Part shown: piece after piece, positions 25,895 through 34,935 of the stretch
Layout: each line of letters starts with the position of its first letter
Numbering within the stretch: position 1 is the first letter of the stretch
Origin: Myxococcota bacterium
GTDB taxonomy: Bacteria > Myxococcota_A > UBA9160 > JAFDDA01
Assembly (NCBI GenBank): GCA_965228475.1
Contig: OZ245817.1
Span: 4,398,264 to 4,462,263, forward strand
Length of the DNA: 64,000 bases
Reading direction: 5' to 3'
Translations under genes and position numbers: made by a program
Notes under the pieces: generated by a model
The model's database searches: none
What the model was told of the DNA's origin: nothing
What the model saw: only the letters and a program-made list of their open reading frames with translations

Positions 25895-26416
25895 CTAGCC
25901 CTCGTCGACGAGCTTCTCGAGGATGCCGTCGATCGCCTTTTCGGCGATCTCCACCATCTCGCCGTCGGTGCGGTCCTGGATGGGGTGCTGGACGAAGACG
26001 GCCGCCGGATCGGCGCCGAGGGCCCGGGCCTGGGCCTCCGCCGCGTCCACGAACTCCGTCGTCGCGACGAACACGCCGGGGATGCCGCGGGCTTCGAGGT
26101 CGACCGTGTCGTGCACACTGCACGACGTGCAGCTGCCTCAATCGGCGAGCGCTTCCACCACCGCATCGCACTCGACGGCGATCTCCTGACGGAGATCGGG
26201 CGGGGCGGGCTTCGTGAAGGTCGGCTTCTTGTAGCGGCGCACCTCGGCGCCGCGCTCGCGCAGGCCCTGCTCGAGCCGGTCGAGGAAGACGTCGCCGCGG
26301 GCCTTCGAGATGTCGAGCAGGCCGACGGTGCGGCCGGCCAGGGTGTCGAGCCGGGCCAGGCGCTCGCGCGTGGCCGCGCTCCGCTCACTCGTCGGGTCGA
26401 GGAGGATGCGGGTCAC
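25895..26416 (-). CDS. Candidate selenoprotein (173 aa) with an in-frame UGA in a U-G-S-C-x-x-C motif
   Basis: Track ORFs 26138..26416 and 25895..26116 are in the same frame, separated only by TGA 26140..26138. The read-through gives ...VVEALAD-U-GSCTSCSVHDTVDLEARGIP... GC3 stays high across the junction. Confidence 0.6.
26108..26126 (-). other. Candidate SECIS-like hairpin 11 nt 3' of the UGA
   Basis: GUCGUGCA-GUG-UGCACGAC (8-bp stem). An alternative 6-bp hairpin CUGCAC-GUC-GUGCAG lies 5 nt after the UGA. Confidence 0.4.
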
Positions 26417-26435
26417 GGGCGTACCCCAGGGTGCG

Positions 26436-27875
26436 TCACGGCCGGATCTCCTTCATCACCGGGGTGCTGCCGACCTCGCCGGAGACCCACCCGGGGATGA
26501 TCGCAGAGAAGAGTCCGGCGCCGCCACCGCAGTGCACGATGCGCAGGCCGCCGGGCCGGAACTTCGGGAGCGTCGCGTCCTTCAGGCCTTCGGGAACACC
26601 CTCGGCGATGCCGCCCGCGCCGCGTACCAGCTCGGCCCCCGGGATCAGCAACAGCTCGCCGAGCTTCGCGATCAGGTCGTCCTTGCTCCAGCCGGCCTCG
26701 CGAAAGATGCGCGCGTGCTCGGGGCCGACGGCGAGGATCGCGTCGAAGGCCATCACGAGCTTCGGGTGCGTGAGCGGGCGCAGCGCGGCGGCGTAGCTGC
26801 GCGAAAGCGACTCCGGGTCACGCGAGAGCTGGTCGACGAGCGTGTTCGGGCCCTCGCCGCAGAAGGCGGTCACGGCGTCCTGCCCGGGCGCGGCGCCAAA
26901 CTCGGTCGCCAGCGGCGTCCACGGCGAGTTCTCCTCGTCCTCGGCGAAGCAGAAGGAGAGCTTGCTCGGGTTGCCGTGGGCCGCGCGGTCGATCTCACCC
27001 GGGCGTCCGCCGCCGACGTTACGCACCACGAGCTGGACGGCGCGGCCGATCGTCGAGTTCGCGCGGTTGCCCTGGCCGAAGACGTTCTTCCCGGAGTTCA
27101 TGCCGATGCGCCTGCGGACCGGGCCGTTCACGACGAGGACGGGCGCGACGGGCATGGTCGTCGCGAGCACGCCGTGGATGTTGAACGCGTCCGTGCAGAT
27201 CGCCTCGACGGCGGCGAGCACGACGGGCAGGTACTCGGGCTTGCAGCCGGCGAGCACCGCGTTGATCGCGACCTTCTCGACCGTGCACGGCACGAGGTCC
27301 GGCGGAACGGTCGCGACGATCTCGTCGGCCGCGCGCTCGGTGCCTTCGAGCATCGCGAGCACGCGCCGCTCGGTGGGCGGGACGAGCGGGAGGCCATCGC
27401 TCCAGCCGCGCTCGAAGAGGGCCTCCATCTCATCCTCGAGGGGCGCGAGCTCGACGCGGCGGGCGGAGAGCTTGTGCCCCTCGAAGCGCACGGCCAGATC
27501 CGGCGCGAGGTCCGGGTCCACGGACTTCGAGCCGCAGCCCGGACGCCACTCCGGGAGCTCGGGCCCGAGACCGGAGAGCCCCGTCAGCTGCTCCCAGTCG
27601 GCGCGGTGCCAGCCGAGCGCGCGCCCGACCTCGCGGCCGTCCTCGATGCGCAGGAGCGTCGGCACGGTCTCGATCCGGTGGTGGTAGGAGACGGCGAGGC
27701 CGGTGTCGTCGACGGGCGACACGCCCTCGGGGAAGGCGACGTCGTCCTGGGTGTAGACGGTGAGCTCGGTGCGCGCATCGAGATCCCGCAGGACCGGCGC
27801 GACGAGCTCGCACGTCGGGCACTCACGCTTCACGACCGCGACGAGGCCGGAGGGAAGGTCTCGAACCGTCTCCAT
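26436..27875 (-). CDS. Thioredoxin-fold (CPTC) N-terminal domain fused to an unassigned domain of about 370 aa
   Basis: ATG 6 nt after GGAGG. VAVVKRECPTCELVAPVL...TVPTLL is thioredoxin-like. The remainder has no motif I recognise. Confidence 0.75.
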   Translation of the reverse strand: METVRDLPSGLVAVVKRECPTCELVAPVLRDLDARTELTVYTQDDVAFPEGVSPVDDTGLAVSYHHRIETVPTLLRIEDGREVGRALGWHRADWEQLTGLSGLGPELPEWRPGCGSKSVDPDLAPDLAVRFEGHKLSARRVELAPLEDEMEALFERGWSDGLPLVPPTERRVLAMLEGTERAADEIVATVPPDLVPCTVEKVAINAVLAGCKPEYLPVVLAAVEAICTDAFNIHGVLATTMPVAPVLVVNGPVRRRIGMNSGKNVFGQGNRANSTIGRAVQLVVRNVGGGRPGEIDRAAHGNPSKLSFCFAEDEENSPWTPLATEFGAAPGQDAVTAFCGEGPNTLVDQLSRDPESLSRSYAAALRPLTHPKLVMAFDAILAVGPEHARIFREAGWSKDDLIAKLGELLLIPGAELVRGAGGIAEGVPEGLKDATLPKFRPGGLRIVHCGGGAGLFSAIIPGWVSGEVGSTPVMKEIRP

Positions 27876-27938
27876 GGGAAGCCTCCGACGGGAGAGCATA
27901 CCTCGACTTCGGAGAGCTAGGCAGGAACGTCCCCCTGG

Positions 27939-28433
27939 TCAGGGGGTGGGGGAGGCGGGCGGGGGTGTCTGGCGTTCGCGCTCGGCGCGGGCGCGGCGGG
28001 TCTTCTTTCGCTCGACGATGTCGCCGTGCATCGGTGCGAGGCGGGCGAGCAGGCGGTTCTGGGCCCCGGTCGGCGTCCCCTCGGTCTCCATCGCGTCGAT
28101 CAGGTCTTCGACGAGCGCGTTGAAGTCTCCCTCGCTGACGCCCATGCCGCGGTGGACGTCCGCCATGCTGTCGCCGGTGTACTCGCAGGGTCCGTCGGAG
28201 ACCTGACAGAGCTGGTCGATCAGGTGGCGGCGGAAGCGCGAAATCTTCGTCTCGGCGAAGTGGTGGACGATGCGCTCGTCGGCCGCGAGCTCGCGCAGGA
28301 AGGAATCCACGATCGCCTCGATCCCCGCGTGGCCACCGAGGTCGTCGAACAGGGTCCGCGGCTCCGCGCGCGGCAGCGCGCAGGCCGTGGCGAGCAGCCC
28401 CGCCAGCGCGATGCATCGCAACGGCGCCCTCAC
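27939..28433 (-). CDS. Group-1 truncated hemoglobin with lipoprotein signal
   Basis: GTG start in a GTGA overlap with the upstream gene. Lipobox LLATAC. trHb pattern LFDDLGGHAGIEAIVDSFLRELAADERIVHHF...VHRGMGVSEGDFNALVEDL. Confidence 0.8.
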   Translation of the reverse strand: MRAPLRCIALAGLLATACALPRAEPRTLFDDLGGHAGIEAIVDSFLRELAADERIVHHFAETKISRFRRHLIDQLCQVSDGPCEYTGDSMADVHRGMGVSEGDFNALVEDLIDAMETEGTPTGAQNRLLARLAPMHGDIVERKKTRRARAERERQTPPPASPTP

Positions 28434-29311
28434 AGGCTCGCCTGCACGGAGAGGTACACGCCGTTCTGGCTCCGGAAACCGGCGATGTCGCCGAGCATCG
28501 CGTAGGAGGCGACGAGCCCGACGTGTTTGTTCGGGAACCACGCGACGAAGACGTCCATCCAATCCGATTCCTTGGCGAACTTCAGGTTGCTTCCCTTCTG
28601 GCGATACTCGAAGCCGAGCGCGAGGCGCCGGTTCATGAAGAGAGCTGCCGAGCCCTCGAACAGGGCCCGGTAGCCGCCGCGCCGGTCGCCGCCGAAGCCG
28701 AGCAGGCCGAGTTCGTTGGCCCGGGTCGCGCGCACGGTTCCGTTCAAGACGAGGTTGCGGCCGAGCACGGCACCGAGGAAGAGCTTCGTCGCGGAGAGAT
28801 AGGCGTCGACCCCCCAGTGTCTGCGAGCTCCGACGGCTTCGGGCAGGGCGAAGTCCATGTTGTGCTTGTACTGGACGCCGGCCGCGAACTGGGGCCAACC
28901 GCCGTAGACCACGTCGCCGAAGAGTCGGACCTTCGCGCTCGCGACGTTCATGCGCAGGCGCGTATCGAGCGGACGCACGAAGAAGCGCTGGTGGGCGAAA
29001 GAGAACTCGACGCGATTCCAGAAGCCGACCGAGGCACCGTAGGACTCGAGTCTGAAGTCCGGCAGCCGGACGTTCGTCGCACTGATTCCGCCGCCGATCT
29101 GATCTTCGGTGCCGGTTCCCGCGATCACCGCCCAGGGAACGAGCCCGCCCCCGGCCGAGCCCTCGACCTGGGTCACGCCACCGGTCGCGAGCAGCCGCCC
29201 GCCGGCGGAAGCGAGGGTCGGCGTGAGCGCGATCGCCGCGAGCATCGCCGCGGCCAGGGCGCCCTGTCTACGCCGCCGGCTCCGTGAAGCCCCCTGCCTT
29301 CTGGTACGCAT
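28430..29311 (-). CDS. Outer-membrane beta-barrel-like protein (DUF3034-like, from memory)
   Basis: Signal peptide, GGGLVPWAVIAG, and alternating beta-strand pattern to the C-terminus. Alternative start at 29245. Confidence 0.65.
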   Translation of the reverse strand: MRTRRQGASRSRRRRQGALAAAMLAAIALTPTLASAGGRLLATGGVTQVEGSAGGGLVPWAVIAGTGTEDQIGGGISATNVRLPDFRLESYGASVGFWNRVEFSFAHQRFFVRPLDTRLRMNVASAKVRLFGDVVYGGWPQFAAGVQYKHNMDFALPEAVGARRHWGVDAYLSATKLFLGAVLGRNLVLNGTVRATRANELGLLGFGGDRRGGYRALFEGSAALFMNRRLALGFEYRQKGSNLKFAKESDWMDVFVAWFPNKHVGLVASYAMLGDIAGFRSQNGVYLSVQASL

Positions 29312-31604
29312 CCATCCACTCCAAGAAATCCGGCTCGGCGAGGGGGCGGCTGATCCCGTAGCCCTGGGCGACGTCGCATCCGGCCCGGGCGAGCAGCCGC
29401 CAGACCAGCCGATCCTCCACGCCTTCGGCGACCACCCGGAGCCCGAGGGCGTGGGCGAGCTCCACGGTGGAGCGCACGATCACCTCGTCGGGCGTGCCCT
29501 CCCGCATGTGGCGAACGAACGCCTGATCGATTTTGAGTTCATCGACCGGAAGCCGCTTGAGTTGAGCCAGGGACGCCTGGCCGGTCCCGAAGTCGTCCAG
29601 GGAAACCCGGATGCCCGCGCCGCGCAGATCGCCGAGGATCCGGGCGCCGCCCTCCGGGTCCGCCATCACCGCGCTCTCGGTGACTTCGACATGCAGACTG
29701 CCGGGTGCGAGCCCCGCTTCTCCGACGTGCCGACGGATCCGCTGGGCGAGGCGCGGGTCGGCCAGGTCGTGGGCGGACAGGTTCACCCCGACCTTGATCT
29801 CGTAGCCCCGCGTGGCCCAGGCCGCGGCGCGTGTCGTCGCGTGGCGCAGCACCCATTCCGTCAACGCCCCGATGCTGCCCGCCTGCTCCGCGAGGGCGAC
29901 GAAGAGGTCCGGGCGCATGGGGCCGAGCTGCGGGTGCTCCCAGCGGATCAGCGCCTCGACGCCCACGAGCTCGCCCGTCGCCATCTCGATCTTGGGCTGG
30001 TAGTGCATGTCGAGGGCGTCATCGACGATCGCCTGGCCGAGATCCGAAAGGATCGCGACCCGGCGACGATTGTCTTCCTCGTGGCCGGGCTCGAACTCGG
30101 CCAGCGGAAGGCGCTCCGCCTTCGCCGTCACCATCGCGAACTCCGCGCGTCGCAGGAGATCTTCGGCGGAGCCGCCATCCTCGGGTGCGCGCAAGACGCC
30201 GGCCGTCGCCCGGATGCCGACGCGCGCGCCGCCGTAGGTGAGGGGTTCCTCTAGATCCGCGAGAAAACCTCGAACCCGCTCGACGCCATCGGCGGAGCCG
30301 TCCTCCGGGAAGACGACCAGGAACTCGTCGCCGCCGACCCGGGACACGAACCCGGAACCGGCGAGCCTCGTCTGAAGACGCTCGGCGACGGTCCGCAGGG
30401 CAGCGTCGCCCGCGGGCTGGCCGAGCGCCGCGTTCACGTCCTTCAGCCGATCGATGTCGAGCAGCGCGATGCGTAGCGAGGCCCCGCTCTGCGCGCTCTC
30501 CTCGATCAGCCAGTCGAGCGCCGTCGGCGCGACGGTCCGGTTGGGGAGGCCGGTCAGGCCGTCGTGGGACGCCTGACGACGGATTTCCTGCTCGCGTTCG
30601 CGGATCGCCCCCTGCATCGTGCGGAAGGTCTCGGCGAGGACGCCGATCTCGTCGGCGCTCGAGACGGCGACCTCCGTCCCGTAGTCGCCGCTCGAGATCC
30701 GCTTGGCCGCGTCGGCGAGGGCACGGATGGGCCTCGCGAAGCTGCGCGCGCTCAGCATGGAACCGGCGAGCGCACCCGCCAGGCTGAGTGCGAACAGCAC
30801 GAGGAGCTCGGCCCGCAGGGCTTCGTACGGCGCCATGGCTTCGGAATGGGACGTCTGGAGCACGGCGCCGGCGCCGCCGTTTCCGAACCTCACGGAGAGC
30901 GTGATCCAATCCGAACCCTCCGGCCGCGCCGGGACCGACTCTGCGGGCAGGCCCTCGTGAGACGCCACCCACCGGCCGAGGCTTTCGCGCTCGGCCGCGG
31001 GCAAGGTCGAGGCCGGGAGCGCGTCACGAGCGCCCACGAAGGAGACTTCGAGGCCGGAGAGCTCGCGCAGGGCCAGCGCGAGTTCGTCGTCGAGGGCAAA
31101 GCCCATGGCGACCCAGCCCACGCGGAGCGGCGCGTGGACCGGAACCAGCACGACCTGGTGCGGAGCGCCGGCCAGCTCGAGGACCGTCGTCGTGGCTTCT
31201 CCCTCCGACCGGCCGACGAGGTGCGTGAAGACACCGTCGGCGGAGACCGGCGGGAAGGCCGCGGTCTGCCTGCCCTCGAGATCGAGCAACAGCGTGACGT
31301 CCGAACCGATCCGGCCGCCGTGGTTCTCGAGTACGGACGCGATCGTCGGGACGTCCCGGGTCGCGACGGCGCGCTTGAAGCCGAAGTCGGAGGCGAGGAT
31401 CTCGACACTCGAGAGAAGCTGACGCTCGCGGTCGGCCAGCAGGCGGTCGAAGTCGCGGCCACCGCGCTCGAGGGCCTCGTAGGCATGGTTCTCGGCGCTG
31501 CGCTCCGTCGCGGCAAGCACCAGCACGATGGTCACGCCCTGGCTCGCGAGGATCAGGCCGAGCATCCAACGCAGCAGGCGGGTTCGAACGCTCGCCGCGC
31601 TCAT
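29268..31604 (-). CDS. Membrane sensor / HAMP / GGDEF / EAL protein (c-di-GMP turnover)
   Basis: ATGA overlap with the upstream gene. Two TM helices flank a periplasmic domain. HAMP, then GGDEF (RVGGDEFLVVF), then EAL (EALIRW, DDFGTG, KIDQAFV). The track ORF 29268..34115 is a read-through artefact. Confidence 0.9.
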   Translation of the reverse strand: MSAASVRTRLLRWMLGLILASQGVTIVLVLAATERSAENHAYEALERGGRDFDRLLADRERQLLSSVEILASDFGFKRAVATRDVPTIASVLENHGGRIGSDVTLLLDLEGRQTAAFPPVSADGVFTHLVGRSEGEATTTVLELAGAPHQVVLVPVHAPLRVGWVAMGFALDDELALALRELSGLEVSFVGARDALPASTLPAAERESLGRWVASHEGLPAESVPARPEGSDWITLSVRFGNGGAGAVLQTSHSEAMAPYEALRAELLVLFALSLAGALAGSMLSARSFARPIRALADAAKRISSGDYGTEVAVSSADEIGVLAETFRTMQGAIREREQEIRRQASHDGLTGLPNRTVAPTALDWLIEESAQSGASLRIALLDIDRLKDVNAALGQPAGDAALRTVAERLQTRLAGSGFVSRVGGDEFLVVFPEDGSADGVERVRGFLADLEEPLTYGGARVGIRATAGVLRAPEDGGSAEDLLRRAEFAMVTAKAERLPLAEFEPGHEEDNRRRVAILSDLGQAIVDDALDMHYQPKIEMATGELVGVEALIRWEHPQLGPMRPDLFVALAEQAGSIGALTEWVLRHATTRAAAWATRGYEIKVGVNLSAHDLADPRLAQRIRRHVGEAGLAPGSLHVEVTESAVMADPEGGARILGDLRGAGIRVSLDDFGTGQASLAQLKRLPVDELKIDQAFVRHMREGTPDEVIVRSTVELAHALGLRVVAEGVEDRLVWRLLARAGCDVAQGYGISRPLAEPDFLEWMDAYQKAGGFTEPAA

Positions 31605-32320
31605 CGCGCTCCCTTGCGGAAGAGGTGTTGGAGCGGATCCTCTTCTTCGTGCGCCTCGTCCTCGTTCACCTCGTGTTTCGCTCGGGGATCCGGGGCGAGT
31701 TTCCCGGGGATTCTCAAGACGACTTCGTTGCCGGCCTCGAGGTCGAACGTGCCCAACGGGACGCCTTGCTCGGGAAGTCGCGGATGCAGGACCTGGACCC
31801 GGTGAGACCCGGGGCGCTTCAACCCGGTCGAAGCGCGACCCCCTTCGTCGGTCACCGCATGGGCCGCGCCGTCGAGCACATAGACGTACCCGATCATGTG
31901 GTCGTGGATGTTGCAGCCGAGCACGACCGTACCGGCCGTCTCGAAGGTCACGGGGGGTGCCTCCACACCGGCGTAGAGCTTCAACTCGAAGGTCTTGGCG
32001 GTAGAGAAGGAGTAGACGTGGTGGCGGGTCTGGTCGCTGTTGGGGAAGGAGACCTGCGTTCCGCGCGGGACGGCCAGGACGTAGGGCGAGAACTGCTTCT
32101 CGCGCTGGTCCACGACGGCCCGCAACGCAGGCGCGATGGCCGGCTCCGCTCCGAGAACCGCCACGACGGCGTTCGGGAGCGGAGCTCCCGAGACGTCCAG
32201 GACCTGCCAGCGCACCTCCGCAGCGGAGGCGAGGCTCGAGCCACAGCAGGCGAGCAGGAGAACCACGGCCCGGGCCAGCGGCAACGAGCGGCGGAAATCG
32301 CGACGCAGAAGCGCACCCAT
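31601..32320 (-). CDS. Periplasmic cupredoxin-like protein ('methylamine utilization protein' type)
   Basis: Signal peptide. Candidate copper ligands in RHHVYSF and GCNIHDHM. Confidence 0.65.
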   Translation of the reverse strand: MGALLRRDFRRSLPLARAVVLLLACCGSSLASAAEVRWQVLDVSGAPLPNAVVAVLGAEPAIAPALRAVVDQREKQFSPYVLAVPRGTQVSFPNSDQTRHHVYSFSTAKTFELKLYAGVEAPPVTFETAGTVVLGCNIHDHMIGYVYVLDGAAHAVTDEGGRASTGLKRPGSHRVQVLHPRLPEQGVPLGTFDLEAGNEVVLRIPGKLAPDPRAKHEVNEDEAHEEEDPLQHLFRKGAR

Positions 32321-32422
32321 CCGGGTGTCTTCGACGCTCTTCCGGACGGTCTTGAGATCGCCGCCGAAGTCCCGCCGGGAATGGCCGGAGCGTCCGGGGA
32401 AACCCCGAGACGCGGTCGCCGC

Positions 32423-33451
32423 CTAGAGCTTGCCGCGCTCGAGCAGGGCCTCGGCGATCTGCACCGCGTTGGTCGCGGCGCCCTTGCGCAGGTTGTCCGA
32501 CGTCTGCCACAGCCAGAGCTTGTCGCTCGCCGTGTCGCGGCGGATGCGGCCCACGAGCACTTCGTCCGTCCCCTCGACGTCCGCCGCCGTGGGGAAGGCC
32601 ATCGTGGCCGGGTCGTCCACCACGCGGCAGCCGGGGAACGCGGCGATGGCCTCGCGCGCGGCCTCGGGCGTGATCGGCTTCTCCGTCTCCACGAGCACGG
32701 TGGCCGAGTGTCCGACCGGGACCGGAACCCGCACGCAGGTCATCGAGACGTCCACGTTCGGGAGACCCATGATCTTGCGGGTCTCGTCGAGGAGCTTGCG
32801 CTCCTCGTCGGTGTATCCGTCGTCGCGGAACGAACCGCACACGGGCACCGGGTTGTAGGCGATCTGGTGCGCGAAGACCTCGGGCGGCGGCACGGGCTCG
32901 CCCGCCTGCACGGCCTTCACCTGGGCGTCGAGCTCGTCGATGCCCGGCGTCCCCGAGCCCGAGACGGCCTGGAGCGTCGTCACGACGAGGCTCTTGAGCC
33001 CCGCCGCGCGGCGGATCGGCTCGACGGACATCACCAGCCCGGTGGTGGTGCAGTTCGGGTTCGCGACGATGCCGCGGTGCTTCTCGAGGGCGTCGGCGTT
33101 GATCTCCGGCACGACGAGCGGCACCTCGTCGTCCATGCGCCAGGTGCTCGACTTGTCGATCACGACCGCCCCGCGCTTCACGGCCTCCGGCGCGAGCTCC
33201 TTCGAGAGCCCGCCGGTCGCCGCGAAGAACACCAGGTCGACGCCCTCGAAGGCCTCGGGACAGGCGACCTCGACCTTCGCCTCCTGCCCCGCGAACGTCA
33301 CCGTCGTGCCCGCGCTTCGCGTGCTCGCCAGCGGCTTGAGCTGGGAGACCGGGAAGTGGCGCTCTTCCAGCACCCCGAGGAGAACTTCCCCCACGGCACC
33401 GGTGGCGCCGACGACGGCGACGACGGGTTGTTTCTGCGAGACCTTGGACAC
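32423..33451 (-). CDS. asd: Aspartate-semialdehyde dehydrogenase
   Basis: GTG 6 nt after AAGGAG. VAVVGATGAVG and active-site NPNCTT. Confidence 0.9.
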   Translation of the reverse strand: MSKVSQKQPVVAVVGATGAVGEVLLGVLEERHFPVSQLKPLASTRSAGTTVTFAGQEAKVEVACPEAFEGVDLVFFAATGGLSKELAPEAVKRGAVVIDKSSTWRMDDEVPLVVPEINADALEKHRGIVANPNCTTTGLVMSVEPIRRAAGLKSLVVTTLQAVSGSGTPGIDELDAQVKAVQAGEPVPPPEVFAHQIAYNPVPVCGSFRDDGYTDEERKLLDETRKIMGLPNVDVSMTCVRVPVPVGHSATVLVETEKPITPEAAREAIAAFPGCRVVDDPATMAFPTAADVEGTDEVLVGRIRRDTASDKLWLWQTSDNLRKGAATNAVQIAEALLERGKL

Positions 33452-33470
33452 GACCTTCTCCTTGCGCGGG

Positions 33471-33491
33471 GCGCAAACCCTCCGTTTGCGC
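33471..33491. promoter_or_regulatory. Perfect 8-bp inverted repeat in the asd/TetR divergent region (candidate operator)
   Basis: GCGCAAAC-CCTCC-GTTTGCGC. Confidence 0.4.
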
Positions 33492-33539
33492 CGTATCCGG
33501 CTGGACGGCGATGATGGCGCATGTTTCAATCCACCGCCC

Positions 33540-34172
33540 ATGAGCGAGGAAGCCGGCGAGAGCGAGGAGACCGTCGCAGGGACGGAGGGCGAAGGCTCCC
33601 CCCCGACGCGCCTGGCCACGAGCCAGGTCAAGCGGCTCCGGCGCATCGTCGACGCGGCGTCGAAGCTCGCCGAGGAAGGCGGGTTCGAGGCCGTCCGGCT
33701 GCGCGACGTGGCCGAGGCTTCCGGGGTCGCCCTCGGCACGCTCTACCGGTATTTCCGCAGCAAGGAAGACATCTTGGTGTTCGTCCTTGCCGAACAGGTC
33801 GACGGGCTCGAAGCCGCGCTCACCCGCCGGCCCCCCACCGGCGCGACCCCCGCCGAGCGCGTGGGCGTCGTCTTCGGCCTGACCACCCGCGCCCTGACCG
33901 GCCGCCCGCACCTCGCCCGCGCGCTCCTGCGGGCGGTCTCCGCCGGCGAGCCCGAAACCAAGGAGAAGGTGGCTTCCTTCCATCTCCGGGTGAGCCGGAT
34001 CGTGCTCGACGCCCTGCGCGGCGAGGGCGAAGCGACACCGCGGCTCCACGGCGTGGCGACCATCCTCCAGCAGGTCTGGTTCGCTTCGCTCGTAGGCTGG
34101 ACGGGCGGCCTGCACGACGCGAAGACCGTCATCCGCCAGACGGACGACGCCGCCGCCCTGCTTCTGGAGTAG
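33540..34172 (+). CDS. TetR-family transcriptional regulator
   Basis: ATG at MSEEAG. HTH region IVDAASKLAEEGGFEAVRLRDVAEASGVALGTLYRYFRSKEDIL. Confidence 0.85.
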   Translation: MSEEAGESEETVAGTEGEGSPPTRLATSQVKRLRRIVDAASKLAEEGGFEAVRLRDVAEASGVALGTLYRYFRSKEDILVFVLAEQVDGLEAALTRRPPTGATPAERVGVVFGLTTRALTGRPHLARALLRAVSAGEPETKEKVASFHLRVSRIVLDALRGEGEATPRLHGVATILQQVWFASLVGWTGGLHDAKTVIRQTDDAAALLLE

Positions 34173-34175
34173 CGG

Positions 34176-34895
34176 TCAGCCCTCTTCGCCGTAGTTCCGG
34201 ACGCGGCACTCCTGGCCTTCGTCGCAGAGCTCGGCCATCTCCCGCTCGAGCAGGCGGGTCCACTTCTCGATCAGGAACGTGTTGTAGGTGCCCGACGTCT
34301 CGGAGTCGAAGGCCTCGTGGCGCTCGTCGGTGTGGCGAAGCGTGATCTCGTAGACGCGCCGCAGGAACCCGTCGGTGCGCTTCTCGACGGGGATCGCGGC
34401 GATCTTCTGGTTGAGCCGGCGCGTGGCCACCTCGGCGATCGCGAAGTGGATCTGCTCGTGCTGGAGGATGTACCAGTCCGGCGGGCGCCCGCCGAAGCTC
34501 ATCGCGCCGACCGCAGCGAGCCCGAGGCGAGCCGCGCGCCCGACGGGGCTGATGATCTTGTTCCAGAACGAACAGTCGGGGCGCATCAGCGCGACGAACT
34601 CGCCGCTCGCCTCGTAGTCCTCGGCGGGGCGGATGAGCAGACAGACCTCGGCGTCGTGGGCGAAGTTCCCCCACGCCTTGTACGACGTCGCCGACTCGAA
34701 GTGATCCTTGGTGATGAGCTGGTAGCGGAGGACCGCGTCGCCGACCCAGGAGTCCGGGTCGCCGAAGACGCCGAGCTCCGCGTGCGCGCCCCCGGCTTCG
34801 GCCGTCTCGCTGACCGACGCCGCCCGGCCGGCGGGCTGCCGGCTGCAGCCCGTCACCAGGACGAGGAGCGAGAGCGCGAGGACCGTCCGACGCAT
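34176..34895 (-). CDS. Lipoprotein with HExxH motif (putative secreted Zn-peptidase-like)
   Basis: Lipobox LVLVTGC. LQHEQIHFAI contains HEQIH. Confidence 0.65.
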   Translation of the reverse strand: MRRTVLALSLLVLVTGCSRQPAGRAASVSETAEAGGAHAELGVFGDPDSWVGDAVLRYQLITKDHFESATSYKAWGNFAHDAEVCLLIRPAEDYEASGEFVALMRPDCSFWNKIISPVGRAARLGLAAVGAMSFGGRPPDWYILQHEQIHFAIAEVATRRLNQKIAAIPVEKRTDGFLRRVYEITLRHTDERHEAFDSETSGTYNTFLIEKWTRLLEREMAELCDEGQECRVRNYGEEG

Positions 34896-34935
34896 GCGCC
34901 CATTCTACAGACTGACCAGGGGGACGTTCCCCTGG

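Noticed and set aside
26138-26140. TGA interpreted as a genuine stop, giving two small genes or a pseudogene
   Set aside because: Not excluded, but less likely. Both halves share one frame with no gap. The second half would have to start at a GTG (26116) with no Shine-Dalgarno sequence, so it has no convincing RBS or start of its own. The codon also falls at the first position of a CxxC-type motif. I kept it as a selenoprotein candidate at moderate confidence.
29268-34115. 1615-aa ORF suggesting a giant protein
   Set aside because: Only the C-terminal 778 aa, from ATG 31604, form a coherent sensor-HAMP-GGDEF-EAL protein. The upstream part runs out of frame or antisense through the cupredoxin, asd and TetR genes.
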